From NCBI RefSeq assembly GCF_006345805.1, contig NW_021836386.1:1-24355 (forward strand): a stretch of 24,355 bases of DNA, written 5' to 3'. This DNA is from Octopus sinensis. Its lineage: Eukaryota. A program made the position numbers and the translations under genes. This document shows, one piece after another, positions 1 through 9,160 of this stretch (the first letter of the stretch is position 1; every line of letters begins with the position of its first letter). Below the pieces are notes generated by a model that saw nothing but the letters and a program-made list of their open reading frames with translations, was not told the DNA's origin and made no database searches.

Positions 1-129
1 GTGTTTAGTATGTATGTGCACACATTTTATTTTTTTATTTTTTTTTTTTTTTTTTTTAATTTTTTTATTTTTTTTTTTTTTATTTTTTTTTTTTATTTTT
101 TTTTTATTTTTTTATTTATCTATTCTTTC

Positions 130-335
130 ATCTAACTTACCACTGACTCCTTGACCACTCCCCCAAGTATGATATTTTGCGCTATGCCTACCCCCAAAAA
201 AGTCCCCCACCACCACTCCTTTAAACCTGCCTAAATGTATAAATGCTAATACAATTCTTGTTAAATAGCTTCCTGAAGATTTCTGAATGAAACAGTACTA
301 GTCCTGTAGAAGCTCCTTCTATATAATAAAAAAAT
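130..335 (+). mobile_element. Penelope-like element (PLE) terminal-repeat fragment, family A, carrying a hammerhead ribozyme
   Basis: Non-coding segment between a T-rich tract and (TA)n. Positions 267-330 recur nearly identically at 9161-9225 and in part at 8862-8893, so it is a repeat. It contains a minimal hammerhead. The PLE assignment is inferred from the known association of minimal type I hammerheads with PLE pseudo-LTRs. Confidence 0.6.
267..314 (+). ncRNA. Minimal type I hammerhead ribozyme (family A, copy 1)
   Basis: Helix I AGCTTC(267-272)/GAAGCT(309-314); core CTGAAGA (273-279); weak helix II TTTCTGAAT; GAAA (289-292); helix III ACAG/CTGT with loop containing the palindrome ACTAGT; cleavage triplet GTA (306-308). 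Confidence 0.75.
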
Positions 336-411
336 ATATATATATATATATATATATACGTTTAAATATTTGTTGTGCAAGATTTTTTATGTGAATCGTG
401 TGTTGAAACAG

Positions 412-741
412 ATATTGTTATATTTCGGAATGGTCATATTGCCAGTTTAGCCAATAAAAACACACGCACTATATATTTGGTGTTATTTTGCTTCAGTGAT
501 ATTTATTTTTACATTAATCTTAATCTTATTTCGGCCAAAGTTCTTTCGTCACACTCCTGTGACCGCATCAGAAAGGACCCCTGATGCGGTCACAGGAGTG
601 TGACGAAAGAACTTTGGCCGAAATAAGATTAAGATTAATGTAAAAAATAAATATCACTGAAGCAAAATAACACCAAATATATAGTGCGTGTGTTTTTATT
701 GGCTAAACTGGCAATATGACCATTCCGAAATATAACAATAT
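412..741. repeat. Long near-perfect inverted repeat (160/161-bp arms, 9-nt spacer), probably a folded-back PLE end
   Basis: 412-571 is the reverse complement of 581-741 except for one indel in an A/T run. The spacer is AAAGGACCC (572-580). It lies between (TA)n tracts, and non-repetitive sequence continues left of the left arm to about 358. Confidence 0.95.
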
Positions 742-932
742 ATATATATATATATACATATAAGTATGTATATATGTATGTACCTATGTATGCATACATG
801 CATGTACGTACGAAACACTATGCTTTAAATAGGATGCCTGTATGTTATAACAAAGCCTATACATGTTTCTGAGCAGCTAAATACAATATTCAACGAGCGT
901 CATCGCCAACTGCCCCCTGATTGTTGCCCCTA

Positions 933-970
<38 letters not shown>

Positions 971-1102
971 AAATAAATAAATAAAGGGAGCATAAACCGG
1001 ATATATTCCTTTGTGATAGAAAAAATATATCCCCACAACGTTGCTGTCGTTGAATATGCCTGCTTATATCCTTCGTTGTAGAAGTATAGAATAAATGGAA
1101 TA

Positions 1103-1143
1103 CTAGAATAATAGAATAATAGAATAATAGAATAATAGAATAA
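1103..1143 (+). repeat. Short 8-mer tandem repeat (TAGAATAA)x5
   Basis: Directly visible tandem units. Confidence 0.9.
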
Positions 1144-1301
1144 CCTAGTAAACAAAATATAAGAAAATACTCTTACTGTACAACACACTAGAATAGAACA
1201 TGTCAACATATGTACGATATATGTGTGTATGTGTGAGAGAGAGAGAGAATGTGTGTATGTGTGTGCGTGTGTGTGAGTGTGTGTATGCACATGTATGTAT
1301 G

Positions 1302-1349
<48 letters not shown>

Positions 1350-1603
1350 TACATACACACACTTATACCTACATATATACATATATGAATATGTATATTT
1401 ATGTAATATAAATGTATATATATATGTGTATATAAATGTAATTATGTATGTGTAAGCGTATTTGCGTGTGTGCTTGTATTACATGTATACGTATATATAC
1501 ACATATATTCATACATACTAACTCACACACACACACATATATAGGTATATATACATATAGATAGATATACATATACATATTCTATTATTCTATTATATAC
1601 AAA

Positions 1604-1639
<36 letters not shown>

Positions 1640-1640
1640 C

Positions 1641-1768
1641 TCTTACTTGTTTCAGTCATTTGAATGCGGCCATGCTGGAGCACCGCCTTTAGTCGGGCAA
1701 ATCGACCCCGGGACTTATTCTTTGTAAGCCCAGTACTTATTCTATCGGTATCTTTTACCGAACCGCTA
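1641..1768 (-). mobile_element. CORE-type SINE (family C), 3' fragment
   Basis: Reverse complement matches 2810-2945 (…AATAAGT.CTGGG…CTGGGGTCGATTTG…AAGGCGGTGCTCCAGCATGGCCGCA.TCAAATGACTGAAACAAGTAA). Confidence 0.85.
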
Positions 1769-1929
1769 TAAAACAAATATTCATTTGTTGATACGATATC
1801 GACGGAAAGAGGGAGAGAGCAGTGAGAGAGTCAGAAACATACATACATATATATGTGCAGACAGGCAGACAGACTGACAGAAAGACCAACAGGTTGACAC
1901 ACAGACATATATATAGATAAACACATAGA

Positions 1930-1945
1930 CAAATAGATAGTTAGG

Positions 1946-1981
<36 letters not shown>

Positions 1982-1997
1982 AAGATAGATAGATAGT

Positions 1998-2071
<74 letters not shown>
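1930..2071 (+). repeat. (TAGA)n microsatellite
   Basis: Direct observation. Confidence 0.95.
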
Positions 2072-2523
2072 TAAGATTAAGGATTAAGGTTTATGGAGAA
2101 GGTACGTAGAGTGATCGAATAATAACAGACGAACTACAGCAATGACAACAGCAGCGGCCTTCGGCCACCACCAACAGTAGCAATAATAACTATTGCATCA
2201 AACATTTCGAACCAAAACAGACGCCATTAATATCCATTGTACAACGGCCGCCATTATAATCAGCAAACAATCGACACACGGCACAAAGCTCGATTCTTTA
2301 ACTCTTTGAGAAGATAGCATCGCGGATGAGAGTCACCAACACCGTCACTATCATCAATAGTTTTCCTATTAAATATCATCATTATCGTTATCGGCGTCGT
2401 CATACTTGTCATCCACCAGATTCTCATCAGCAGCAGTAATATTATTAAAATCATTAAATCGTCATCATCATCATCACCACATTTACCCTCCTCTTCGTTA
2501 TCATCCTACTTGTCATCATCGTC

Positions 2524-2562
<39 letters not shown>

Positions 2563-2610
2563 ACTACTACTACTACTACTACTACTACAAGTAGTAGTAG
2601 TAGTAGTATC

Positions 2611-2948
2611 TTCAGTTCCACTGCATGGCACCTTCGGGATGTGTCTTCTACTATAGCCTCAGTAGATGGAAACTGAAAGAAGCCCGTCATATATGTATGT
2701 GTGTGTGTTCGTGTGCGTGTGTGTGTGTGTGTGTGTTTGTGTGTCTGTGTTTGTCCCCCACCCTCCATCGTTTGACAACTGATGTCGGTGTGTTTAGGTC
2801 CTTGTAACTTAACGGTTCGGCAAAAGAGACCAATAGAATAAGCACTAGGCTTACAGAGAAAAAGTCCTGGGGCCGATTTGCTTGATTAAAGGCGGTGCTA
2901 CAGCATGGCCGCAGTCAAATGACTGGAACAAACAAAAGAACAAAAGAA
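2611..2948 (+). mobile_element. CORE-type tRNA-derived SINE (family C) with internal (TA)/(TG) microsatellite, 5'-truncated
   Basis: B-box remnant TTCAGTTCC, CORE-like TGGCACCTT..G..GTGTCTTCTACTATAGCCTC, GGAAACTGAAAGAAGCCCGTC, internal (TG)n, and 3' tail ending in CAAAAGAA repeats. Homologous pieces at 1641, 7483, 10440, 13920, 19926 and 20502. May correspond to the octopus OR-type CORE-SINEs (unverified). Confidence 0.85.
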
Positions 2949-2949
2949 T

Positions 2950-3285
2950 TATTATTATACGTTTGACTTTTACTTAGTATTTGTACAAGTTGGTTCCGAG
3001 TCTCATCCAGAGACCTCAAGAGACAAGAAGTTAGCAGTTAATGTTGGTATTATGCTTAAGGTGTCATATTGGTTTTGCACATAGTATTGTACTAGAGAAT
3101 GTTTAAGAAATCATAAGAAAATTATAAGTTTGTTTTAAACTTTGAGATTACATAGACAGTATTTTACATAGGATATGTGCATTTCCCATGAGCACTATCT
3201 CTTGAATTTCTGCCATTTTGGTGTTTCCTGGTATCTGAGCTAGGTAGCAATCATACCCTTTTGCTATCATTCCTAAGGCACCTAT
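2950..3285 (-). mobile_element. R4/Dong-clade non-LTR retrotransposon 3' end (C-terminus of restriction-like endonuclease region plus 3' UTR)
   Basis: Minus-strand peptide IGALGMIAKGYDCYLAQIPGNTKMAEIQEIVLMGNAHILCKILSM* (stop at 3148) fits the R4/Dong C-terminal pattern IGALG…IQK..LLGTA.ILRK.L. The 3' UTR ends in (TAA)n. Confidence 0.8.
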
Positions 3286-3320
3286 TATTATTATTATCCT
3301 CGTCGTTGTTGTCATAAGAA

Positions 3321-3532
3321 AAGGTGGCATGCTGGCAGAAACGTTAGCACGTCGGACGAAATGCTTAGCGGGATTTCGTCTGCTGCTACATCCTGAGTTC
3401 AAATTCCGCCGATGTCGACTTTGCCTTTCATCCTTTCGGGGTCGATAAATTAAGTTCCAATGAAACACTGGGGTCGATGTAATTGATTATCCCCCTCCCT
3501 CAGATTTTCAGGCCCTGTGCCGATAGTAGAAT
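3321..3532 (+). mobile_element. tRNA-derived SINE (family B), near full-length monomer
   Basis: Head AAGGTGGCATGCTGGCAGAAACGTTAGCAC, B-box GAGTTCAAATTCC, central GTCGACTTTGCCTTTCATCCTTTCGGGGTCGATAAATTAAGT (from memory resembles the Meta/MESC domain; unverified), tail running into (TTA)n. More than ten homologues in the window. Confidence 0.9.
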
Positions 3533-3547
3533 GGGTCATTATAACCA

Positions 3548-3562
3548 TTATCATCATTATCA

Positions 3563-3601
<39 letters not shown>

Positions 3602-3609
3602 TATTATTA

Positions 3610-3645
<36 letters not shown>

Positions 3646-3715
3646 AGGCGGTGAACTGACAGAATCGTTCAGCACCGAGCGATTCTGTAATACAAAGGAT
3701 TATTATTATTATTAC

Positions 3716-3749
<34 letters not shown>

Positions 3750-3750
3750 G
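3548..3750 (+). repeat. (TTA)n microsatellite interrupted by a family-B SINE head fragment (3645-3680)
   Basis: Direct observation; the insert AAGGCGGTGAACTGACAGAATCGTT matches the SINE B head. Confidence 0.9.
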
Positions 3751-3755
3751 GTTAT

Positions 3756-3924
3756 AAGACGGTGAGCTGGCAGAATTGTTAGCGCGCTGGATAAAATGCT
3801 TAGTTGCATTTCGCTTGCAGTTACGTTCTGAGTTCAAATTCTGCCGAGGTCGACTTTGCCTTTCATCCTTTCGGGGTCGATTAAATAAGTACCAGTTACA
3901 CACTGGGGTCGATATAATCGACTT
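3756..3924 (+). mobile_element. SINE family B, 3'-truncated
   Basis: Same head, B-box and central domain as 3321-3532; stops at GATATAATCGACTT, abutting the RT fragment. Confidence 0.9.
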
Positions 3925-4805
3925 GGAAAAAAGTGGGCTGCTACCTACTGAACAAAAAGGGTACCAACAGAGGGGCTGGGAACCGAAGGATCAGCACTTA
4001 TTTGATAATCTAATTATCAGGAACTACAAGAGAAGGCACACAAACCTGAGCATGGCATTGGTCGAGCATCGTAAAACATACGATATGATACTACACTCCT
4101 GGATAATAAGAACAATGGAAATATATGGAGTAGCAGAGAACGGAATTGACAGCAGGAAAACAAATACTAGGAGAGGTGAAAATCAAGAGAGGAATCTTCC
4201 AGGGGGACAGTGTGTCCCCACTGATATTCGCGCTGGGAATGATCTCCTTGAGTGAAATACTACAGAAAACAAAGTTTGGGTATGATCTGGAAAAAACTAA
4301 ACCACTTGCTATTCATGGACGACTTGAAGCTATTCACAAAAACTGAAGCAGCACTGGAAAGCCTAGTCCAGTCTGTGCAAATTTTCTCCAATGATATTAA
4401 GGTGGAGTTTGGACTCTCAAGATGTGCTATGACGGTTATGAGACGAAGAATGCTTGTCAGGACGGAAGGCATATGGTTATCGAGTGGTGAAATGATGAAG
4501 GCAATTCAACCTCAATCCAGGTATAAACACCTGGGAATACTTGAGGCAGATGGAATCAAACACAACGACATGAAAGAAAAGACAAAAAGAGAGTACCTGC
4601 AGTGAGTGGGAAAAATACTGGATTCAAAGCTGAATGCCAGAAACATAATTCCGTCAATAAACTTGCGCGCAGTCGCAGTAGTTAGGTATGGCGTCGGAAT
4701 CCTGAAGTGGACAGAGGAAGAGCTAAAGGAGATGGACAGGAAGTCATGTAAGCTCCTAGCGATGCATGGGCCCATCATCCACGAACAGACACTGATCGCC
4801 TATAT
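3925..4805 (+). pseudogene. Degenerate R4/Dong-clade LINE reverse transcriptase fragment
   Basis: Frameshifted pieces give LLPTEQKG, NLSMA…RKTYDMILHSWI, IKRGIFQGDSVSPLIF, LNHLLFMDDLKLF, EFGLSRCA, YKHLGILE and LNARNII.SIN..AVAVVRYGVGILKWTEEELKEMDRK. These are RT motifs in the order typical of R4/Dong. There are several frameshifts and stops, and an apparent internal deletion near 4145. Confidence 0.92.
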
Positions 4806-4807
4806 TT

Positions 4808-5141
4808 GAGGGAGGGGGCTAATAAATTACATCGACCCCAGTGTTTCACTGGAACTTAATTTATCGACCCCGAAAGGATGAAAGCCAAAGTCGACCTCGG
4901 TGGAATTTGAACTCAGAACGTAGCGGCAAACGAAATACCTATTTCTTTACTACCCACAAGGGACTAAACACAGAGAGGACAAACAAGGGCAGACAAACGG
5001 ATGAAGTCGATTATATCGACTCCAGTGCGTAACTGGTACTTATTTAATCGACCCCGAAAGGATGAAAGGCAAAGTCGACCTAGGTGGAATTTGAACTCAG
5101 AACGTAGCGGTAGACGAAATACGGCTACGCATTTCGCCCGA
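4808..5141 (-). mobile_element. Dimeric SINE family B (monomer with long alternative tail, followed by head-truncated monomer)
   Basis: Two copies of CGACCCCGAAAGGATGAAAG.CAAAGTCGACCT…GAACTCAGAACGTAGCGG joined by TATTTCTTTACTACCCACAAGGG.CTAAACACAGAGAGGACAAAC. Confidence 0.88.
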
Positions 5142-5907
5142 CTTCTTCTACTAAAGATTATTAAAACAACAAACTTAATTGTATATATTAACGTTTGTAA
5201 TAAAAATCAAGTGCAGCATCATTATATATTAAAATCAGGTACAATACTTAATGTTTGTGTTTGACAATTCATACTTATTATGGTTATTTATTAACTTTTT
5301 ACCCCTTCACAAAGAACGCAATTTAACTTTAGTATACAGTTTACTAATTGTATTCTATGCAACAACTTTGGATAGATTTCCACACTCTTTCTGTTAAGTT
5401 ATAACATCATTCAGTATTCATTCACTTAAAACATATTTTCTAGAGTAAATCAAAGATCTGTCGGTTATAGCTTGTGAGGCGGAGTAACACCAAAAAATAT
5501 CCGGTGTTGTCTCTGGAACTAAATCGATCTCAGTATCTGAGGTGGTCGGGCCATCCCGGGCCGTGGGTACAGCTACTTTCTTCACTCTTCTTTCACCAAT
5601 AAAAGTTATTCAAACATCAAACTCGTTCTCCACTGCATTCCATATCGAATTAATTCAACATCCGAAGTTGTCTCTTCTCTCAATCTCAGACAGATTGATC
5701 ACTACATGGCTATTTTTCTCCTGGTCATTAAGATCGCATTAATAATAAATTAAAATTACACGTCACACTACATAAAGTATATCAGTGCCTTCTTTATTAC
5801 ATCATCTAAGATATCTTATATCTTGATACAATTGACGTTGTATCTATCTTTCAATCCCTGGATCGAATTACGACATAATTGAGACCATCAATCTACGTAT
5901 CCATCCA

Positions 5908-5923
5908 TCTATCTATCTATCTC

Positions 5924-6002
<79 letters not shown>

Positions 6003-6015
6003 GCCTATCTATCTA
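5908..6015 (+). repeat. (TATC)n microsatellite
   Basis: Direct observation. Confidence 0.95.
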
Positions 6016-6278
6016 GCAGTCTGTCTGTCTATCTCTTTATTTGACTCTGTGTCTATCTAGGCTTGCATAATAACTATCGTGACAGTTGGCCAAAACATGA
6101 TCAGTACTATTGTGCAGAAGAGAAATGATATTGTTCATAGCATAAAGGTCATGTTTAAACTGACTTTCCTCACCAACAACAAACATAACAGCTATTGAAA
6201 ATTATTCTATAATTGTTGCTATTACAATTGCTGTTGTTATCCTTGTTGTTGGTGTTGTCACCATCATCATTGCAGCTA

Positions 6279-6350
6279 TTGTTTAGCCAACCCTAGGTTA
6301 CCTGTATAAACTAGACCTATGATCAAAAAACACACCAGCCGTGACAACCA
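6279..6350 (-). mobile_element. Short retroelement 3'-tail fragment running into an (AAC)n-like tract
   Basis: TTGTTTAGCCA…TAGACCTATGATCA is shared with 10378-10440. Both copies directly follow GTT-rich tracts. Confidence 0.5.
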
Positions 6351-6759
6351 CACATCTTTCGATATACGCTATATATATATATATATCAACGTTAGATGTA
6401 TTTCGAACATGTCGAGCGACAATGAAGAGACTCCTAAGTTGTTTATTGTTGTTATAGTTTTTGTTGTCATTCTTATTCTCATACATGCGTCTTTTTTTCT
6501 TTTGTGGCAGCAGCTCTGGTTGAGTGTAGTAAAGTATCTGCAATGTCCGTAAAAGTCACGACTGAGAGCCTCGTTGCTTTCCTCACTCAACTGTAGAAAG
6601 CATGTTAACCACAAAATATATTAGCTACAGGACACTGGACTATATATATATATATATATATAATAACAAAATAATAAATAAAATATAAGCATATATACAT
6701 ACATATATGTACGTACCTACATCTATATGTATATGTACATGCATATATGGATACAGGAC

Positions 6760-7050
6760 ACCAAAAAAAACAACGAAAAACCAAAGTACAAGACACACAA
6801 CACAAGGAAAATTTCCCCTTCTTCAGCCGCCTCTGTTTCGTCTACTCCGTGTTTTGAAGGTAAAGGCGAGACATAACTTCGTTGAAACAGTCCTTCCCGC
6901 AAAGCAAATTAAATAAAATTTGAGATTATTTGCAGAGGGGTAAAAGTGGTAACAAAAACAGGACAGTAACGACAGTACAAATTATAAACAGTAAAAGACA
7001 GGACAAGGAGAATAACACTCAGTGACACTAAAATGGACAAAGCTAAAATT
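6760..7050 (-). mobile_element. Probable PLE-like terminal fragment (unclassified repeat)
   Basis: Non-coding segment between microsatellites, with hammerhead-like words (GAAAC, CTGAAGAAGG) and helices on the minus strand. There is no second copy in the window. Confidence 0.3.
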
Positions 7051-7145
7051 CTTAGAACCCCCTTGGGGTCCAGCAGGCCAAAGGAGATCCTTCTCCTTCC
7101 CTCTCCCTTCCCCTCTTTCTCTTTAGCCTCAGATACAAACGCGCG

Positions 7146-7179
<34 letters not shown>

Positions 7180-7444
7180 CACACTTACACATACACACAT
7201 GTTCTCTCACTCACTTCCTCCTCATCCACTTCAGCCTCTTGTGCTGTCTTGTTCCTCCCCACCACTACGAAACTCTATAAAATGATTAAAATTCCCCACA
7301 AAGGAATTATTTTGATTTGAAAACCCCACTAGAATGGGAGAAAGCGCTAATGATCTGAGTAATATGATATATATGTAAAAAATGTAATATATAAACAAAT
7401 TATCTGTAAATATGAACCATCCGATCTTCTGATTACCTCATTTC

Positions 7445-7482
<38 letters not shown>

Positions 7483-7485
<3 letters not shown>

Positions 7486-7702
7486 TTTTACTCTTTCACA
7501 TGTTTCAGTCATTTGACTACGGCCATGCTGGTGCAACGCCTGAAACAGTTTATTCTTTGAAAGCCTAGTACTTATTCTATCAGTTTCTTCTGCCAAACCG
7601 CTAAGTTACGGGGACCTAAACACACCAACATCGGCCGTCAAGCCATATGGCTGGGGGTGGCAAACGCAGACACAAAGATATACATAAATGCACACACACA
7701 CG
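7483..7702 (-). mobile_element. CORE-type SINE (family C), 3' half
   Basis: TGTTTCAGTCATTTGACT.CGGCCATGCTGG…AAGCCTAGTACTTATTCTATC…AACCGCTAAGTTACGGGGAC.TAAACACACCA matches the reverse complement of 2750-2945. Confidence 0.85.
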
Positions 7703-7789
7703 TATATATATATATATATATATATGATAATTTTTTCACTCTCTATTTGTATCACATCGAAACTATGACATAATTTTTCCTCTCACACC

Positions 7790-7844
7790 GTCTCCGATGA
7801 AGGGATATTATTATTAATTAATATCCTAGAAACAGCTGTAAGAC
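7790..7844 (+). ncRNA. Type I hammerhead ribozyme, U4C core variant
   Basis: Helix I GTCT/AGAC; core CCGATGA (7794-7800); helix II GGGATATTA/TAATATCCT; GAAA (7829-7832); palindromic helix III ACAGCTGT; cleavage triplet GTA (7838-7840). Confidence 0.7.
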
Positions 7845-8098
7845 CTTCTATCTATAAATGCTCTAATATCTATACAGTGGGTTTTTTACCTCATTACGCA
7901 AAAAATTCTTATATACACACGCTGACATAGAACCAACGTTGAACCCTTTATTCGCAATATTACCGAATCTGGAACTCAACTATGGTCTATCTATAGCACT
8001 TATTCAGCATTACCTGACACCTTTGGGTCTCAATTATACCATTATCTCTTATGTAGCCACTACACACATTTTTTTCTCTCTTTTTTTTTTCTGTGTCC

Positions 8099-8134
8099 CT
8101 TTCTGTAGAAGAGCGTAGGCTCGAAACGTAAAAG
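8099..8134 (+). ncRNA. Ultra-minimal type I hammerhead motif, A6U core variant
   Basis: Helix I CTTT/AAAG; core CTGTAGA plus A (8103-8110); helix II GAGC-gtag-GCTC; GAAA (8123-8126); helix III reduced to the palindrome ACGT; cleavage triplet GTA (8128-8130). Confidence 0.6.
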
Positions 8135-8277
8135 ACTTTTTCAATTCCTGAGCTTTATGCGAAAACATCTGTTTGTTTTCTACACTACCTGTCTTCGTCT
8201 TTTGTTTTTTTTTTTTCGTGATCTCTCCCTATATAGTATATATATATATATATATGTATATATATTATATATTATAT

Positions 8278-8329
<52 letters not shown>

Positions 8330-8333
<4 letters not shown>

Positions 8334-8730
8334 AACTTAGATATGTTTCGACCAAAGATTTGTCCAGGCCATGTCTAACTTAATAGCACCACCTGGTAGG
8401 ATTATTCGAATCATGTTTAAGTCAAGTTTTGTTCAAGTAGTGAGTTCTTGTTGGGTGAGTTGTATCCAATTATGGGTGGCTTATCTAGTATTCTTTGAAA
8501 GAATCTATCCAGACTCCGTTTAAAGTTGATGGGATCCTTTTCCTCTTTGATCTCCCTCGGGACAATGTTAAATAGGGCAGGGCCTGTTGAGGAAAAGAAA
8601 TTATGTTGCAGTGTACATGTATGTTGTGATCTTGAATTGGGCAGGGGACGTATGGCCCGTGGTCCCAGTCTTGGATGAACCTTGAAGCTAATGTTAAGGT
8701 CGTTTGGGCAAAGTTGGCGGTATATCGGTT
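8330..8730 (-). mobile_element. CR1-type LINE 3' end (ORF2 C-terminus plus 3' UTR), 5'-truncated
   Basis: A stop-free frame 8725->8417, missed by the ORF track because it has no start codon, reads IYRQLCPNDLNISFKVHPRLGPRAIRP…HNFFSSTGPALFNIVPREIKEEKDPINFKRSLDRFFQRILDKPPIIGYNSPNKNSLLE…*. This fits the CR1-group C-terminal pattern F…GP.LFN.LP.EI…FK..LD.FL..I.D.P…NSL. Confidence 0.82.
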
Positions 8731-8733
8731 GTC

Positions 8734-8761
<28 letters not shown>

Positions 8762-8764
<3 letters not shown>

Positions 8765-8893
8765 GGTCCCGGGTTGAGTCGGGGTTAAACACAGTAAATA
8801 AGGTACTCAATACATAGCAGAGTAAATTAATTTATTTTATAGAAGGAGCTTCTACAGGACTAGTCCTGTAGAAGCTCCTTCTATAAAATAAAT
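8762..8893. mobile_element. PLE family A terminal fragment folded back into a 64-bp perfect palindrome (8830-8893)
   Basis: ATTTATTTTATAGAAGGAGCTTCTACAGGACT|AGTCCTGTAGAAGCTCCTTCTATAAAATAAAT. The arms match 300-330 and 9197-9245. Confidence 0.85.
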
Positions 8894-8902
8894 ATATATA
8901 TA

Positions 8903-8911
8903 TAGATAGAT

Positions 8912-8978
<67 letters not shown>

Positions 8979-9060
8979 GGATGGATGGATGGATGGACGA
9001 ATGGACGGACGGACGGACGGACGGACAGACAGACAAACAGACAGACAGACAGATAGATAT

Positions 9061-9127
<67 letters not shown>
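8903..9127 (+). repeat. Compound (TAGA)n/(TGGA)n/(CGGA)n/(CAGA)n microsatellite
   Basis: Direct observation. Confidence 0.95.
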
Positions 9128-9128
<1 letters not shown>

Positions 9129-9160
9129 GTACACATACATCTATATGTATATATATATAT

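Noticed and set aside
877-1455. ORFs rich in YI/CV/HT repeats (also 8832-9249, 13863-14232, 15325-16046, 18031-18282, 19834-20524, 21168-21700)
   Set aside because: They are translations of di- and tetranucleotide microsatellites that lack stop codons, with no protein-like content.
2905-2940. Hairpin plus GAAACAAGTA in the SINE C tail as a hammerhead half
   Set aside because: It lacks the CUGANGA strand and helix I; better explained as a LINE-recognition stem-loop.
3321-3410. SINE heads as tRNA genes (also 17435, 19926, 23259)
   Set aside because: Only A/B-box-like motifs are present. No full cloverleaf, and they continue into SINE bodies.
5143-5580. Possible non-autonomous Helitron (TCTACTA… start; CCCGGGCCGTGGGTACAGCTACT end)
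   Set aside because: The 3' end reads CTAC rather than CTAG and the hairpin is weak. The apparent 5' end TTCTACTAAAG matches the SINE B tail seen at about 12122.
7045-7130. Peptide RRRISFGLLDPKGV as the C-terminus of a PLE GIY-YIG domain
   Set aside because: The resemblance is too short and is embedded in a purine-rich low-complexity tract.
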